A stretch of 50,136 bases of DNA, from assembly GCA_046735395.1 (NCBI GenBank), contig JBJKQR010000053.1, positions 1-50,136 on the forward strand. Direction: 5' to 3'. This DNA comes from Fidelibacterota bacterium (lineage in GTDB: Bacteria > Fidelibacterota > Fidelibacteria > Fidelibacterales > DSDE01). Position numbers and translations under genes: made by a program. Below the pieces are notes generated by a model. That model was not told the origin of the DNA. It did no database searches and worked only from the letters and a program-made list of their open reading frames with translations. Positions 19,541-29,453 of this stretch are shown here, in pieces (the first letter of the stretch is position 1; each line of letters begins with the position of its first letter).

Positions 19541-19623
19541 CCATTTTAAAATATTAGAAACGATCAACATCCATTAGCATTAATATCTCTATTTATCAGC
19601 CAGTTAGCTATATCTGATCTTAG

Positions 19624-19715
19624 CGGGAATGCCTGGGAGTCGAACCCAGCCCCTCCTTCTTGAGGAAGACAACAATTTTGAAGACTGCGAGGGCCACCGG
19701 ACCCTATTCATTCCC
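19624..19715 (-). tRNA. selC: tRNA-Sec (anticodon UCA)
   Basis: GGGAATGA AT AGGGTC-CGGT-GGCCCT C GCAGT-CTTCAAA-ATTGT, long variable arm, CTGGG-TTCGACT-CCCAG GCATTCCC G. 6-bp D stem, 4-nt D loop, TCA anticodon, G discriminator. Confidence 0.95.
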
Positions 19716-19723
19716 GTATGAAT

Positions 19724-21226
19724 TTATTCGACGCGGACGCGCTGCTCCGTATTTCCGTCGATGAATTTATCCCGCCGCACCTTCTCCACAAAGATATCTC
19801 TGTCGATCAGGCCCGTGTCGGTCTTTTCCACATTCTTCAGTCCGAAATTCTTTTCCATATTGTCGGCCCAGTAGTTATTGGTGACGACCGTGTAGGAGGC
19901 CCGGGGATCCACGGCTTTGCCGCCGACCCGCAGCGATTTGATGCTGTGCGAGGATGAATCCACCACCATTTCGAAGCCGGCGCTCTGCAGGCCCCAGAAG
20001 CGGTTGTTGCTGACCAGAAACTGAAACATGCTGTCCAGCCGGCTGCCGCTGAGCGTAAAGGTGACCAGCGTATTGCCGAAGGGCGCGATTTCCCAGATGT
20101 CGCGAACCCGGATTTCGCCGGCATTCAGATCCTTGCGGATGCCGCCGTTATTCTGAAAGGCGATATCGGCATTCACGGCCTCCTTCATGGCCTCACACTG
20201 CCAGGTACCCAGGTTGGAATTCAGTCCGCGGTGCGTCCAGTCCTTTTTCAGGACACCGATGACCTCGTCCATTTCCTTGCCCACTTCGGCTTCGTAATGA
20301 TCCACAATGGCTTCCACATCCTTGGACGGGGCAATGCGCGAAGGACGGACTTCCTCCAGTTGATAATTGAAGGCATCAATGTCTCCCGCGTGGAGGGTCA
20401 GCTTGATAATACCCAGATTACGGCCGTAGGAGCCGGTCTGCACGATGCGGGTCTTGCCCACGACCCTGGCCACCGGAATGAAGGTATGACTGTGGCTGCC
20501 GATGATGAGATCCAGGTCGGGCACATCCGCGGCCAGCTTTTCATCCTCCTGTACACCTTCGTGGGTGACGGCGACGATGAATTCCACGCCTTCGTCCCTG
20601 AACTGCTGCACCATTTTCCGCGCGCACTCAACCGGGTCCTCAACCGTCAGGCCCTCGTAATTTTTCTGCAGGGTCAGGCGGGTCAGTCCGGGTGTGATGA
20701 GCCCGAAGACGCCCATCTTCTTGCCCCGTACTGTAAAGATTCTGCTGGTTTCCAGAACCGGCTTTCCGGTTTTGGCGTCCAGAAGGTTCGCAGCCGAGAC
20801 GGGAAACTTCAGAGTCGGCAGCGCCTCCCTGATATTGGGCCAGCCGTAATCGAATTCATGATTGCCGATGGTGAAGAAGTCCAGTCCGGTCGCATTCATG
20901 AGGTCAAACTGCGAATGGCCTTTCGTAATGGCGCTCACGGGTGTTCCCTGAAAATCATCGCCCGCGTTGATGCGCAGCGCGGTGGGATACAGGGCTTCCA
21001 CCGAATCCATCATGGCATCCAGGTAGGCATAGCCACCGACCTTTATTTTATCAGGATTTGAATTCGTCGGAATCCAGGGCGTATTATGGGCATGAAAATC
21101 ATTATAGTGCAGAATCACAAAATCATAGGGCGCCGCGGCGGATCCGCTCTTCGTCACGTCCTTCGAAGTCGTACAGGCGGTCAGTGCCAGAAAGGCGGCA
21201 ACACATATCATCAGGCCTTTTTTCAT
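19724..21226 (-). CDS. 5'-nucleotidase / bifunctional metallophosphatase lipoprotein
   Basis: Lipobox LTAC; NDFH, AGDDFQG, GNHEFD, GSHSH, NNGGIR, PFGN. Confidence 0.93.
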   Translation of the reverse strand: MKKGLMICVAAFLALTACTTSKDVTKSGSAAAPYDFVILHYNDFHAHNTPWIPTNSNPDKIKVGGYAYLDAMMDSVEALYPTALRINAGDDFQGTPVSAITKGHSQFDLMNATGLDFFTIGNHEFDYGWPNIREALPTLKFPVSAANLLDAKTGKPVLETSRIFTVRGKKMGVFGLITPGLTRLTLQKNYEGLTVEDPVECARKMVQQFRDEGVEFIVAVTHEGVQEDEKLAADVPDLDLIIGSHSHTFIPVARVVGKTRIVQTGSYGRNLGIIKLTLHAGDIDAFNYQLEEVRPSRIAPSKDVEAIVDHYEAEVGKEMDEVIGVLKKDWTHRGLNSNLGTWQCEAMKEAVNADIAFQNNGGIRKDLNAGEIRVRDIWEIAPFGNTLVTFTLSGSRLDSMFQFLVSNNRFWGLQSAGFEMVVDSSSHSIKSLRVGGKAVDPRASYTVVTNNYWADNMEKNFGLKNVEKTDTGLIDRDIFVEKVRRDKFIDGNTEQRVRVE

Positions 21227-21441
21227 AAATACTCCGTCATAGTTTGGGCAGAATGTAAGCAAGACCCCATAAAAATTAAAGTAAATTCTCCGGCACCGGC
21301 CCATGAACCGGTGTTCTGAAGGCCTTATATACAGCTGAAATTCCCGCCCCATTCTGCCGGCAGCCGGAAAAAACAGGGTGATACCCATTTTTATTCGGAT
21401 TTAGGGCTGATATTCGCAAGATAAATTCCTAAATTCGCCCC

Positions 21442-22122
21442 ATGAAAAGTAAAATCCTGACCATACGGGATGCGGCACAGCTTATGGGAATCTCACCGGT
21501 CACCATAGAGCGGTGGATTCACCAGGGAAAAATTCCCTTCAAGGTGAAAGGTGAGGCCTATTACTTCAAAAAAGCCGAACTGGTTGCCTGGGCCGATGCC
21601 CATGACCTGCAGATCCGTGAATCTCAGAGCGGCCGCGAGTCTCATGACAGCGACCATCTGCCGCTGACCCGCGCCATCGAGCTGGGCGGCATTCACCGTC
21701 ATGTGGAAGGCCACGATATCTGGTCGGCTTTTGAGTCCGCTCTTTCACAGCTCGGTTTCATTGATCCCGCCAACCGGAAGAAGATTCACACTCAACTGCT
21801 GAACCGCGAGGAAATGGCATCGACCGGAGTAGGCCGCGGTATCGCGCTGCCCCACAGTCGCAACCGCATGGAACTGGGCCTGAGCGGAAGCTATGTTCCT
21901 CTCATCTTTCTGGAAAAGGGCATCGATTTCAACGCCATGGACGATAATCCCGTCCATACCCTCTTCATGATGTTTACGCCCGATACCCAGACCCACCTGA
22001 AAATTTTATCCCGCATTTCTCATATTCTCTCGGATGACAGCTGCTTTGCACTGATCAATGATGAAAGTGCCGGTGACGAAGCCATCCTTGAGGCCATCCG
22101 GCAGGCGGAATCATCTCTATGA
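21442..22122 (+). CDS. HTH (excisionase-like) - PTS EIIA (Ntr/Fru type) fusion
   Basis: LTIRDAAQLMGISPVTIERW HTH; REEMASTGVGRGIALPH; IDFNAMD. Confidence 0.9.
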   Translation: MKSKILTIRDAAQLMGISPVTIERWIHQGKIPFKVKGEAYYFKKAELVAWADAHDLQIRESQSGRESHDSDHLPLTRAIELGGIHRHVEGHDIWSAFESALSQLGFIDPANRKKIHTQLLNREEMASTGVGRGIALPHSRNRMELGLSGSYVPLIFLEKGIDFNAMDDNPVHTLFMMFTPDTQTHLKILSRISHILSDDSCFALINDESAGDEAILEAIRQAESSL

Positions 22123-23843
22123 GAGCCCTGAACCGCCTCCGCCTCCGTCTCATCCGGGCCATCATCAATTCAAATGTCCATTTCAAGCTCGGCTTCATCG
22201 GTATCATCGTCGGTATCACCAGCGGCTTTGCCGCACTGGTTCTGAACTGGGGACTGAAATTCGGACATCAGCTCTTCGAACAGACCGGTCACCACATCTG
22301 GAGCATCCTCCTTCCCGTCGCCGGCCTGATCCTGACCGTTATCCTGCTGAAATACCTTATCAATGATTTTGAAGGCCACGGCATCCCCGAAGTGATTTAC
22401 AGCATCAGTCTCAAGGGCGGGGCCCTGAAGCTGCGCTCCTCCTTTTCCAAACTGCTGGGCGCTCTCGTCACCATTTCCCTCGGAGGCAGCGCCGGGCCAG
22501 AAGCGCCGGTTGTCGTCAGCGGCGCCTCCATCGGTTCCAATTTTGCCCGTTTCTTTCAGAGTGATGACAAGACCAAGATTGCCGTATCCGGCGCCGGTGC
22601 CGCAGCAGCCATTGCCGCCATCTTCAATGCGCCCATCACCGGTATCATCTTCACAATGGAAGTGATTATCGGCGAATGGACAGCCGTTTACATGCTGCCC
22701 GTCGTCATTGCTTCCGTCACCGCGACGGAGCTGAGCCGCCTGTTCAACGGCAATCAGATTCCCTTCAGCCATAACGGCCTCCACATTCTGCCCGGTGACA
22801 TTCTCCTCTCGGTGGGACTCGCTGTCCTCACGGCCCTGACCTCGGTCGCCTTTATCCGCGTCCTGAGGAACAGCAGTGAATTTCTGAACAAATACCTCCC
22901 CAATACATTGCTTCGGGCACTCGTTGCCGGCCTCTTCATCGGAATTATCGTATTTTTTCTGCCCCAGGTGCGGGGGGAGGGATATCAGATGGTCCAGGCC
23001 CTCATTCATGGCCGTTTTGAGGGTGGGGTCGCTATTCTGACGCTCGTGCTGATTTTCAAGATCATTGCCACCGCGCTCACGCTCAATGGCGGCGGTGCCG
23101 GCGGTGTCTTTGCTCCGGCCCTCTTCATCGGCAGCACGGCCGGAATTCTGTATTACGAAGTCATGAGTTTCATTTTTCCGGGTCTTCCTCTTTCCGGCCC
23201 CGGCCTCTTCGCTCTCATGGGTATGGCCGGTGTGCTGAGCGGTACTCTGGCTGCGCCGCTCTCGGGTGTCTTTCTCATCGTGGAAATCACCTCCGGCTAT
23301 GATGGCATCCTGCCGCTCATGCTCATCTCCTTCCTGTCCAGCACCATTGCCCGGCGCATGGAAGAGCAGAGTATTTACCACCATGAGCTGGTTGCGCGCG
23401 GACACCTGCACCGTCCCCGGACGGACGGACGCATTCTGGCCGACATTCATATAGAGGAGCTTCTGGAACAGGATCTGATCAGTGTTCCCCCGGATATGCT
23501 GCTCCGTGACATGGTTCCCATCATCAAACGCAGCCGGCGCAATTATTTCCCGGTCATCGATCCGGAGACCCAGGTGCTTCACGGCATGCTCTACTTCAAC
23601 GACCTGAAGCAGTTTCTCTTTTCACCCGACATGCTGAATACCATTTTTGTTGAGGAGATCATGGATCCCGATCTGACGACCGTCTCCCCTGATGACACTC
23701 TCATCCATATTCAGGATAAATTCGACCAGACCCACCTCTGGTCTCTGCCCGTCGTCAGGGATAAAAAATTCCTCGGACTTATTTCCAAGGCCACCATGCT
23801 GGACCTCTACCGCAAGGAACTCAAGGTTCAGACGGACAAATAG
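22119..23843 (+). CDS. CLC family chloride channel/transporter with CBS pair
   Basis: GHGIP, GGSAGPEAP, FNAP, GGVFAP, SIY; C-terminal CBS domains. Confidence 0.93.
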   Translation: MRALNRLRLRLIRAIINSNVHFKLGFIGIIVGITSGFAALVLNWGLKFGHQLFEQTGHHIWSILLPVAGLILTVILLKYLINDFEGHGIPEVIYSISLKGGALKLRSSFSKLLGALVTISLGGSAGPEAPVVVSGASIGSNFARFFQSDDKTKIAVSGAGAAAAIAAIFNAPITGIIFTMEVIIGEWTAVYMLPVVIASVTATELSRLFNGNQIPFSHNGLHILPGDILLSVGLAVLTALTSVAFIRVLRNSSEFLNKYLPNTLLRALVAGLFIGIIVFFLPQVRGEGYQMVQALIHGRFEGGVAILTLVLIFKIIATALTLNGGGAGGVFAPALFIGSTAGILYYEVMSFIFPGLPLSGPGLFALMGMAGVLSGTLAAPLSGVFLIVEITSGYDGILPLMLISFLSSTIARRMEEQSIYHHELVARGHLHRPRTDGRILADIHIEELLEQDLISVPPDMLLRDMVPIIKRSRRNYFPVIDPETQVLHGMLYFNDLKQFLFSPDMLNTIFVEEIMDPDLTTVSPDDTLIHIQDKFDQTHLWSLPVVRDKKFLGLISKATMLDLYRKELKVQTDK

Positions 23844-23946
23844 GCCTTCCTTCCGCCGATTTACTGCTTTCTTTCAGCGCAAAATCCCATTAATTTTCAT
23901 ATCATAAATACGGAGCTGTCGTATTAGGGATTTATTTACAAAACTG

Positions 23947-25098
23947 ATGAATAGCCTGATGCCCATCCTGAACACTGAACTGGCTGATAACGATCTGGTC
24001 AGTATTTATCTGGGAAAACTGCTCTTCGCTGTCATCTTCTTCTTCATCGCCTGGAAGGTTTCCCGTCAGCTCATCGGCCTGCTCAACCGCCGTGTTCTCC
24101 TGCAGCGCATCCATGATGAGGACACCCGGGCCTGGCTGGTTAATTTCAGCACCTTCCTTCTCATTTTCATCAGCCTCGTCATCGCCCTGCTCATCGCCGG
24201 CCTCAAACGCAACGCGCTGGCCATCATCTGGAATCTGACCCTCTTCTCCATCGGCAGCAGCAATGTGGATCTGGGGAATATCATCATCGGCCTCGTTTTT
24301 CTGTATCCCGGTCTGCGTCTCAGCCGCTACCTGACCGCCGAATTCCGCAGCATCATTCTCTCCCGTCTCAAAATCGACGAAGCCGCCAAGAGCCTCATCG
24401 AAAAAATTGTTCAATATCTCCTCATTATCCTCGTCTTTCTCTTCGTCATGACCATCATCGGTATTCCCCTCACCGCCTTTACCGTTATCGGCGGCGCACT
24501 CGCCATCGGCTTCGGACTCGGTTCCCAGAACCTGGTCAATAATTTTCTCAGCGGGCTCATCCTCCTCATCGAACATCCGGTCAAGGTCGGGGACATTGTG
24601 GATGTGGACAGTCATAAGGGCACCGTCGAGGAAATCGGCGCCCGGGCCACCCGCATCAAGACCTTCGACAATCTCCGCGTCATCATCCCGAACAGCAAGC
24701 TCCTCGAAAACACCTTTATCAACTGGTCCCTCATGGATAACCTGCTGCGGCGGGAAATCAATGTGGGCGTTGCCTACGGAAGCGACATGGACCTGGCCAT
24801 GCAGATCTGCCGTGATATAATGAATGGGGATTATGATGTGGAGAAGCGCCCCGAACCGCTGGTCATCTTCAGCGATTTCGGCGATAATTCCCTCAATATC
24901 TGCATGTATTACTGGATCACCCTCTCGGCCACCCACTCGCCCCTGCTCATCGAAAGCAGGCTGCGCTCAGACATTTACCGCAAATTCAACGAAAGCGGCA
25001 TCGTGATCGCCTTCCCTCAGCGGGACGTGCATCTTGAGACTGTCAAACCGCTGCAGATCCGGCTGGAATCAGACAAGAACAGCGACAGCGAAGCGTAA
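23947..25098 (+). CDS. MscS family mechanosensitive channel
   Basis: IGFGLGSQNLVNNFLSG, GDIV, IPNS, VGVAYGSD, FPQRDVH. Confidence 0.93.
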   Translation: MNSLMPILNTELADNDLVSIYLGKLLFAVIFFFIAWKVSRQLIGLLNRRVLLQRIHDEDTRAWLVNFSTFLLIFISLVIALLIAGLKRNALAIIWNLTLFSIGSSNVDLGNIIIGLVFLYPGLRLSRYLTAEFRSIILSRLKIDEAAKSLIEKIVQYLLIILVFLFVMTIIGIPLTAFTVIGGALAIGFGLGSQNLVNNFLSGLILLIEHPVKVGDIVDVDSHKGTVEEIGARATRIKTFDNLRVIIPNSKLLENTFINWSLMDNLLRREINVGVAYGSDMDLAMQICRDIMNGDYDVEKRPEPLVIFSDFGDNSLNICMYYWITLSATHSPLLIESRLRSDIYRKFNESGIVIAFPQRDVHLETVKPLQIRLESDKNSDSEA

Positions 25099-25149
25099 TA
25101 CTTTTCCCGAATTCATAGATAAGATCCGGTTGATTATTTCAGAACCTGC

Positions 25150-25220
25150 AGCTGGCCGGTTGGCCGGTTAATGCGGTGATGTGTAAAAGCGTAGATACGT
25201 AGACGGGCAGATGGGGAAGA
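25150..25220. repeat. Degenerate ~8-bp-period low-complexity repeat tract
   Basis: CTGGCCGG TTGGCCGG TTAATGCG GTGATGTG TAAAAGCG TAGATACG TAGACGGG CAGATGGG. Confidence 0.55.
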
Positions 25221-25293
25221 AACGGAAGTCACTGCGACTGCAGAATTTCGGCCGAGACGCTGCATGCTGCAAAAGAGTACGAAGTACGGAAAT

Positions 25294-25638
25294 CTATTTG
25301 ATTTTTACACACTGCTTCCTGGATTTTTTCGGTTTCGGATCCGGCAGGGCCGCTTCGGTCACTTCAATCAACGTGCTGAGCCAGTCCCGGTCCTCGATCT
25401 GATCTTCAATGAGAAAGGACGGTCTGGCACCGGGGTAGGCGGGCGCTTCGACCACGTGGCCGATGAAATCCCTGCCCGCAGGCGTGGGCTTCACAAAGAG
25501 CTGATTATCACAGATTAATGCAACAACCTTCCCATTGGAGTACAGCGCATATTCGCCGAACATTTTCCGATACGTAATCCGTCCGGCGCTATGTATCTGG
25601 TCCGCGACAAATTCCACAAAGTCCTGATCCGAAGCCAT
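25294..25638 (-). CDS. TfoX N-terminal domain protein
   Basis: MASDQDFVEFV, RKMFGEYALY, LICDNQLFVKPT, YPGA. Confidence 0.9.
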   Translation of the reverse strand: MASDQDFVEFVADQIHSAGRITYRKMFGEYALYSNGKVVALICDNQLFVKPTPAGRDFIGHVVEAPAYPGARPSFLIEDQIEDRDWLSTLIEVTEAALPDPKPKKSRKQCVKIK

Positions 25639-25657
25639 TATAAGTTCTCCGTACACA

Positions 25658-26083
25658 TCACAGATCGCCATCCGGGCCGGCTATTTCAAAATGCTCCCGG
25701 ACCTGATCATCCACCGGCCGCACCTTCCCGCTTTTCATGTCGATGAAGACCCACTGCGTAGATGCCCGGGCCGCGATTTTTCCTGTTTCGGCATGGATAA
25801 ATGTATAGCGCCGTTCACTGCTGCTGCTGCCCATGGACGCAACCCAGGTGCGGATTTCCACCGTGTCCCCCACGAACAGAGGGGCCAGATATTCGATGTG
25901 ATGTGCCCTCACCACCCAGCCGCCGCCAATCCGGACATAGGCTTCCATATCCCAGCCCTGGGCAGTGGAATGAGCGATGGCCACATCCTGCATCCACTGT
26001 ACATACTGCACATTGTTCACATGTCGGTTAATATCTGTATGGTGTTTCTCAACACTGATTTGCTGACTGAATATTTTCGGCAT
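25658..26083 (-). CDS. Acyl-CoA thioesterase (4HBT-like hotdog)
   Basis: DINRHVNNVQYVQW, HIEYLAP, RTWV. Confidence 0.9.
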   Translation of the reverse strand: MPKIFSQQISVEKHHTDINRHVNNVQYVQWMQDVAIAHSTAQGWDMEAYVRIGGGWVVRAHHIEYLAPLFVGDTVEIRTWVASMGSSSSERRYTFIHAETGKIAARASTQWVFIDMKSGKVRPVDDQVREHFEIAGPDGDL

Positions 26084-26236
26084 TCAATTTCCTTTCCAAA
26101 GGCGAATATACTAAATATCCCTGTCCTTCCAAAGGCAGCATTACAAGGATGACACCACGAACCTGATATCCTATTTATCTCTTGAAATTAACCGGAACTG
26201 CGGCTAAGTTTTCTCTGAAAAGAAAAGGAGTGTGGC

Positions 26237-26731
26237 ATGCACGAAAAAAGTATAGAACTGCTCAACCGGGCAGTGGGTGACGAGCTGTCAGCCGTTCACC
26301 AGTATATGTATTTTCACTTTCACTGCGACGATCAGGGGCTGGACCTCCTGTCCGGCCTGTACCGGCGCATCGCCATCGAGGAGATGATGCACATCGAGCG
26401 TCTGGCCGAACGCATCCTCTTTCTGAAAGGAAACGTGAACCTGAAAGCTTCGGAGGACGTGGAGCCCATTCATTCCGTGGGTGAGATGCTGAAGAAAAGC
26501 CGCAGCATGGAAGAGGGTTCGGCAAAAGACTACAACCGCTGGGCCAATGAATGCGCTGCCAACGCGGACAGCGTCTCAAAAAAACTCTTTGAGGAACTGG
26601 TGATGGATGAGGAGAGACATTTCGACATCTATGACACCGAGCTGGAGAATATGGACAAATACGGCGACAGCTACCTGGCGCTGCAGAGCATCGAACGCAG
26701 CCGGAACCGGAATGCCGGGCCCGTTGCCTGA
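26237..26731 (+). CDS. bfr: Bacterioferritin
   Basis: ELSAVHQY, EEMMH, ERILFL, DEERH ferroxidase motifs; RBS AAGGAG. Confidence 0.9.
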   Translation: MHEKSIELLNRAVGDELSAVHQYMYFHFHCDDQGLDLLSGLYRRIAIEEMMHIERLAERILFLKGNVNLKASEDVEPIHSVGEMLKKSRSMEEGSAKDYNRWANECAANADSVSKKLFEELVMDEERHFDIYDTELENMDKYGDSYLALQSIERSRNRNAGPVA

Positions 26732-26759
26732 ATTTCATCCATTCTGTAAATCATGACTG

Positions 26760-26785
26760 AAAGCCGGCCCTGCTCCGGCTTTTTT
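26760..26785 (+). terminator. Rho-independent terminator after bfr
   Basis: AAAGCCGG-N7-CCGGCTTT followed by a T-run. Confidence 0.75.
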
Positions 26786-26922
26786 CATCTCCATAAAAAT
26801 TAATCCGAATGCCTTCCAATCCGGATTCTGTGAGCCTGAACACGTTCGGACCCGGAGCAGTTTTCGCTGTGGAAATCCATAACAGGATACCGTATCTTAA
26901 ACAAAAAATAAGGATCCCTCCA

Positions 26923-28284
26923 ATGAAAGCAGCCATTTTACCGAATTTCGGCAGAAGACGCGGACTGACCCTCTTCATAATAATCCTGTTCATTTCCAGC
27001 GCATGGGGAGCGAAAAAACCGGCCTGGATCAGTAATCCGCCGGTGGATCCGGCCTATTACACAGGTGTGGGATCCGCCCAGATCCATGATGGGAGCAGTG
27101 ATCATATTCAGGCAGCCCAGCAGGCGGCGCTTGCCAATATTGCTGCTCAGATACAGGTGAAGATTGATGCCAGTGTCATGAGCAGTATTGCAGAGAGCGG
27201 CGATGATATTGAGGAAAATTTTAAAAGAAATATCAAAAGCAGCACTCAGGCGCAGCTGGAAGGCTACGAACTGGTCGGCCAGTACACGGAAAACGCTGTC
27301 TTTTATGCATACTATCGCCTATCCAGGGAAAAATGGGCCCGGATTCAGGCTGAAAAACGACGGAAAGCGGCAGAGCTGTCAATATCATTTTATCATGACG
27401 GACAGAAAGCGCTCAATGATGGCCAGCCGGCTGTCGCTCTCAGCAATCTGATCCGCGCGCTGGAGAGTATAGATGCCTATATTCCGGAAGGCCTGAATGC
27501 AGAGCTGGATGGGGAGAAGGTATTCCTGGCCAATCGCATTTATCAGGCGGTTCAGCAGATTCTGGACAATCTGAGCCTGTCGCCCATTCAGAAAGTCGTT
27601 GAGGCAAAAACCGGACAAGCCTTGAAAAATACCGGATTCAGCGCCGAGTGGAATGGAAGCCCGGTAAAAAACCTGCTTCTCAGCATTCAGGGAAACGGCG
27701 ACGGCAATGATCTTCCTGCCACCGTGACCACGGATATGGGCGGCCGCGCCATGCTGAGGGCCGCCGTCATCCATGACAGCCGAAAAATACAGAATATCAG
27801 AGCGGACGTGGATCTCAGCGGAAAAAACGCTGCCCAGTCCCTCTTTTACCCCGCTCTTCTGGCCGGACTTACCCGTCCCTCCGCCGTTATCATGCTCCGC
27901 ATATCCGGCCCCGTCATTTATCTCAGCAGCGAGGAAACACTGGACGGCAACCCGCTTTCCATGAAGAGAGTGGAACCGCTACTGAAAAGCAGCCTCACTG
28001 ACGCCGGCTTCAGTTTCAGTGAAGACATGGCCTCCGCAGATTTCATCATGGAACTTCACGCCGCTGCACATCAGGGATCACAGGTTTCGAGCCTCTTCAC
28101 CTCCTTTGCCGACATGAACCTGTCTGTCATGGGTATGGACGGAAATGAACTCTATAAAAACAGCCTGAAACATATCAAGGGCATTGATCTCAGCTTTGAA
28201 AAAGCCGGAATGAAGGCACTGGATGCCATTGCGGAAAAATTTCGCAGCGATATGGCCCCTGATCTGATCACGGCGCTTCACTGA
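26923..28284 (+). CDS. LPP20-like domain exported protein
   Basis: Signal-like N-terminus, KPAWI, YYTGVG, A...ALANIAAQIQVKI pattern. Start chosen at ATG 26923. Confidence 0.7.
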   Translation: MKAAILPNFGRRRGLTLFIIILFISSAWGAKKPAWISNPPVDPAYYTGVGSAQIHDGSSDHIQAAQQAALANIAAQIQVKIDASVMSSIAESGDDIEENFKRNIKSSTQAQLEGYELVGQYTENAVFYAYYRLSREKWARIQAEKRRKAAELSISFYHDGQKALNDGQPAVALSNLIRALESIDAYIPEGLNAELDGEKVFLANRIYQAVQQILDNLSLSPIQKVVEAKTGQALKNTGFSAEWNGSPVKNLLLSIQGNGDGNDLPATVTTDMGGRAMLRAAVIHDSRKIQNIRADVDLSGKNAAQSLFYPALLAGLTRPSAVIMLRISGPVIYLSSEETLDGNPLSMKRVEPLLKSSLTDAGFSFSEDMASADFIMELHAAAHQGSQVSSLFTSFADMNLSVMGMDGNELYKNSLKHIKGIDLSFEKAGMKALDAIAEKFRSDMAPDLITALH

Positions 28285-28293
28285 AGAGCAGAT

Positions 28294-29079
28294 ATGGCCT
28301 CCGTGTCCGAACTGCCCGATGAAGCGCAGCTTTTTTCCAGGATTGTCGGGGTAGGGAGAACGGCAGAAGCGCTCTTTCTTCCTGACAGTTTTTATCACCT
28401 TCCTGTCACAGGTTATCCCATCCGCAATCCTCATAGTGCAGAATTTTGCCCTTTCTCACCGATTGGTTTGTCACCGAAAAAACTCATGACCGGCGGCGGG
28501 ATGGAGGACGGCATGGTCTGGTCCGCCTGGCATCTTCTTCCCGACGCAGAGAATCAGAAGCGTCTGTGTATCCTGGTCTGGATCCGGCAGGAAAATGAGT
28601 GGAAACTGGCAATGAGCCGGGGCCTGTTTTCCGAAAATGGGGAAAGGGCCTACCGCTTCAATCCTGAAACCCGGCAGGAAGCCGTCGAACTTGAGAGAGA
28701 ATTCTGCCGGCAGGCATCACGGCAGGGTATCGCGAAAGCTTTTTTTGACCACATGGCTCCGGGCGGCGGCGCCGCCGGATCGGGCGATCTTCTGGAAGAC
28801 CGGGATGATTACCGCCGCAAAATCACCGCAGCCGGATCCCCGTCCTCCGCTCCCCGGCTCCTGTGGGAAGCGGAATATTCTCTGCTATCCCGAAGCGGGC
28901 GCTTTCTGGTAAATTCCGGCCCCTATATGCTCAGCTCAGTAAGCGAACCCAATTCGCAGACGGCATCCTTCGGATTTTTTTTCAGTATCTGGGAGAGACA
29001 GGCGGATGGCAGCTGGAGATTTCTCCTCGATGCCGGAAATACCAGCCCGGCCTTGGATCCAAACGTATTCATCCAATAA
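28294..29079 (+). CDS. Hypothetical protein with C-terminal NTF2/DUF4440-like domain
   Basis: LLWEAE, NSGPY, FFSIWERQADGSWRFLLDAG. Confidence 0.6.
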   Translation: MASVSELPDEAQLFSRIVGVGRTAEALFLPDSFYHLPVTGYPIRNPHSAEFCPFSPIGLSPKKLMTGGGMEDGMVWSAWHLLPDAENQKRLCILVWIRQENEWKLAMSRGLFSENGERAYRFNPETRQEAVELEREFCRQASRQGIAKAFFDHMAPGGGAAGSGDLLEDRDDYRRKITAAGSPSSAPRLLWEAEYSLLSRSGRFLVNSGPYMLSSVSEPNSQTASFGFFFSIWERQADGSWRFLLDAGNTSPALDPNVFIQ

Positions 29080-29116
29080 AAAAACCCGAAATCATGAACT
29101 GATTCCGGGTAAAAAA
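29078..29116. terminator. Terminator hairpin between convergent genes
   Basis: AAAAAACCCGAAATCA-N5-TGATTCCGGGT; the U-tract follows on the minus strand. Confidence 0.6.
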
Positions 29117-29157
29117 TTCAAAATAAACACCCAGACCGGGCCTGTCTGAAAAGGAAG

Positions 29158-29346
29158 CTACTCCTTGTCAGCCTTGGTATTCAGCTTGAAGGGAATATAC
29201 AGGGGGCAGAAGGAAAAGAGTCCGGTGGCGAGAAAAACGAGTCCGATGGCTCCCCACCAGCTCTGATACATATAACCGATTCCGATTACAACAAGCCCTA
29301 AAATAATTCTGACGATCCGATCTGTTGATCCCACATTGCACTTCAT
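29158..29346 (-). CDS. DUF2892 (YgaP-like) small membrane protein
   Basis: MKCNVGSTDRIVR...FCPLY signature; RBS GAGGAG. Confidence 0.9.
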   Translation of the reverse strand: MKCNVGSTDRIVRIILGLVVIGIGYMYQSWWGAIGLVFLATGLFSFCPLYIPFKLNTKADKE

Positions 29347-29400
29347 GAATGTTCCTCCTCTTGGTTTAGGAAAAAATACGATCTTTGCAGCTGCCTTTTC

Positions 29401-29415
29401 TGTAACCTTGTTACA
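29401..29415. promoter_or_regulatory. Palindromic operator, candidate Crp/Fnr-family site
   Basis: TGTAAC-CTT-GTTACA between the Crp/Fnr gene and the DUF2892 gene. Confidence 0.6.
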
Positions 29416-29453
29416 CAGACCTTCTTTTTTATAGTATCAGCTCTATTTTTCCC

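Noticed and set aside
21442..21620. Excisionase-like HTH as evidence of a prophage near selC
   Set aside because: It is the N-terminal domain of a common HTH-PTS EIIA fusion, and there are no phage or integrase genes.
22170..24936. Long minus-strand ORFs (470 aa, 334 aa)
   Set aside because: Antisense shadows of the CLC and MscS genes, expected from codon bias.
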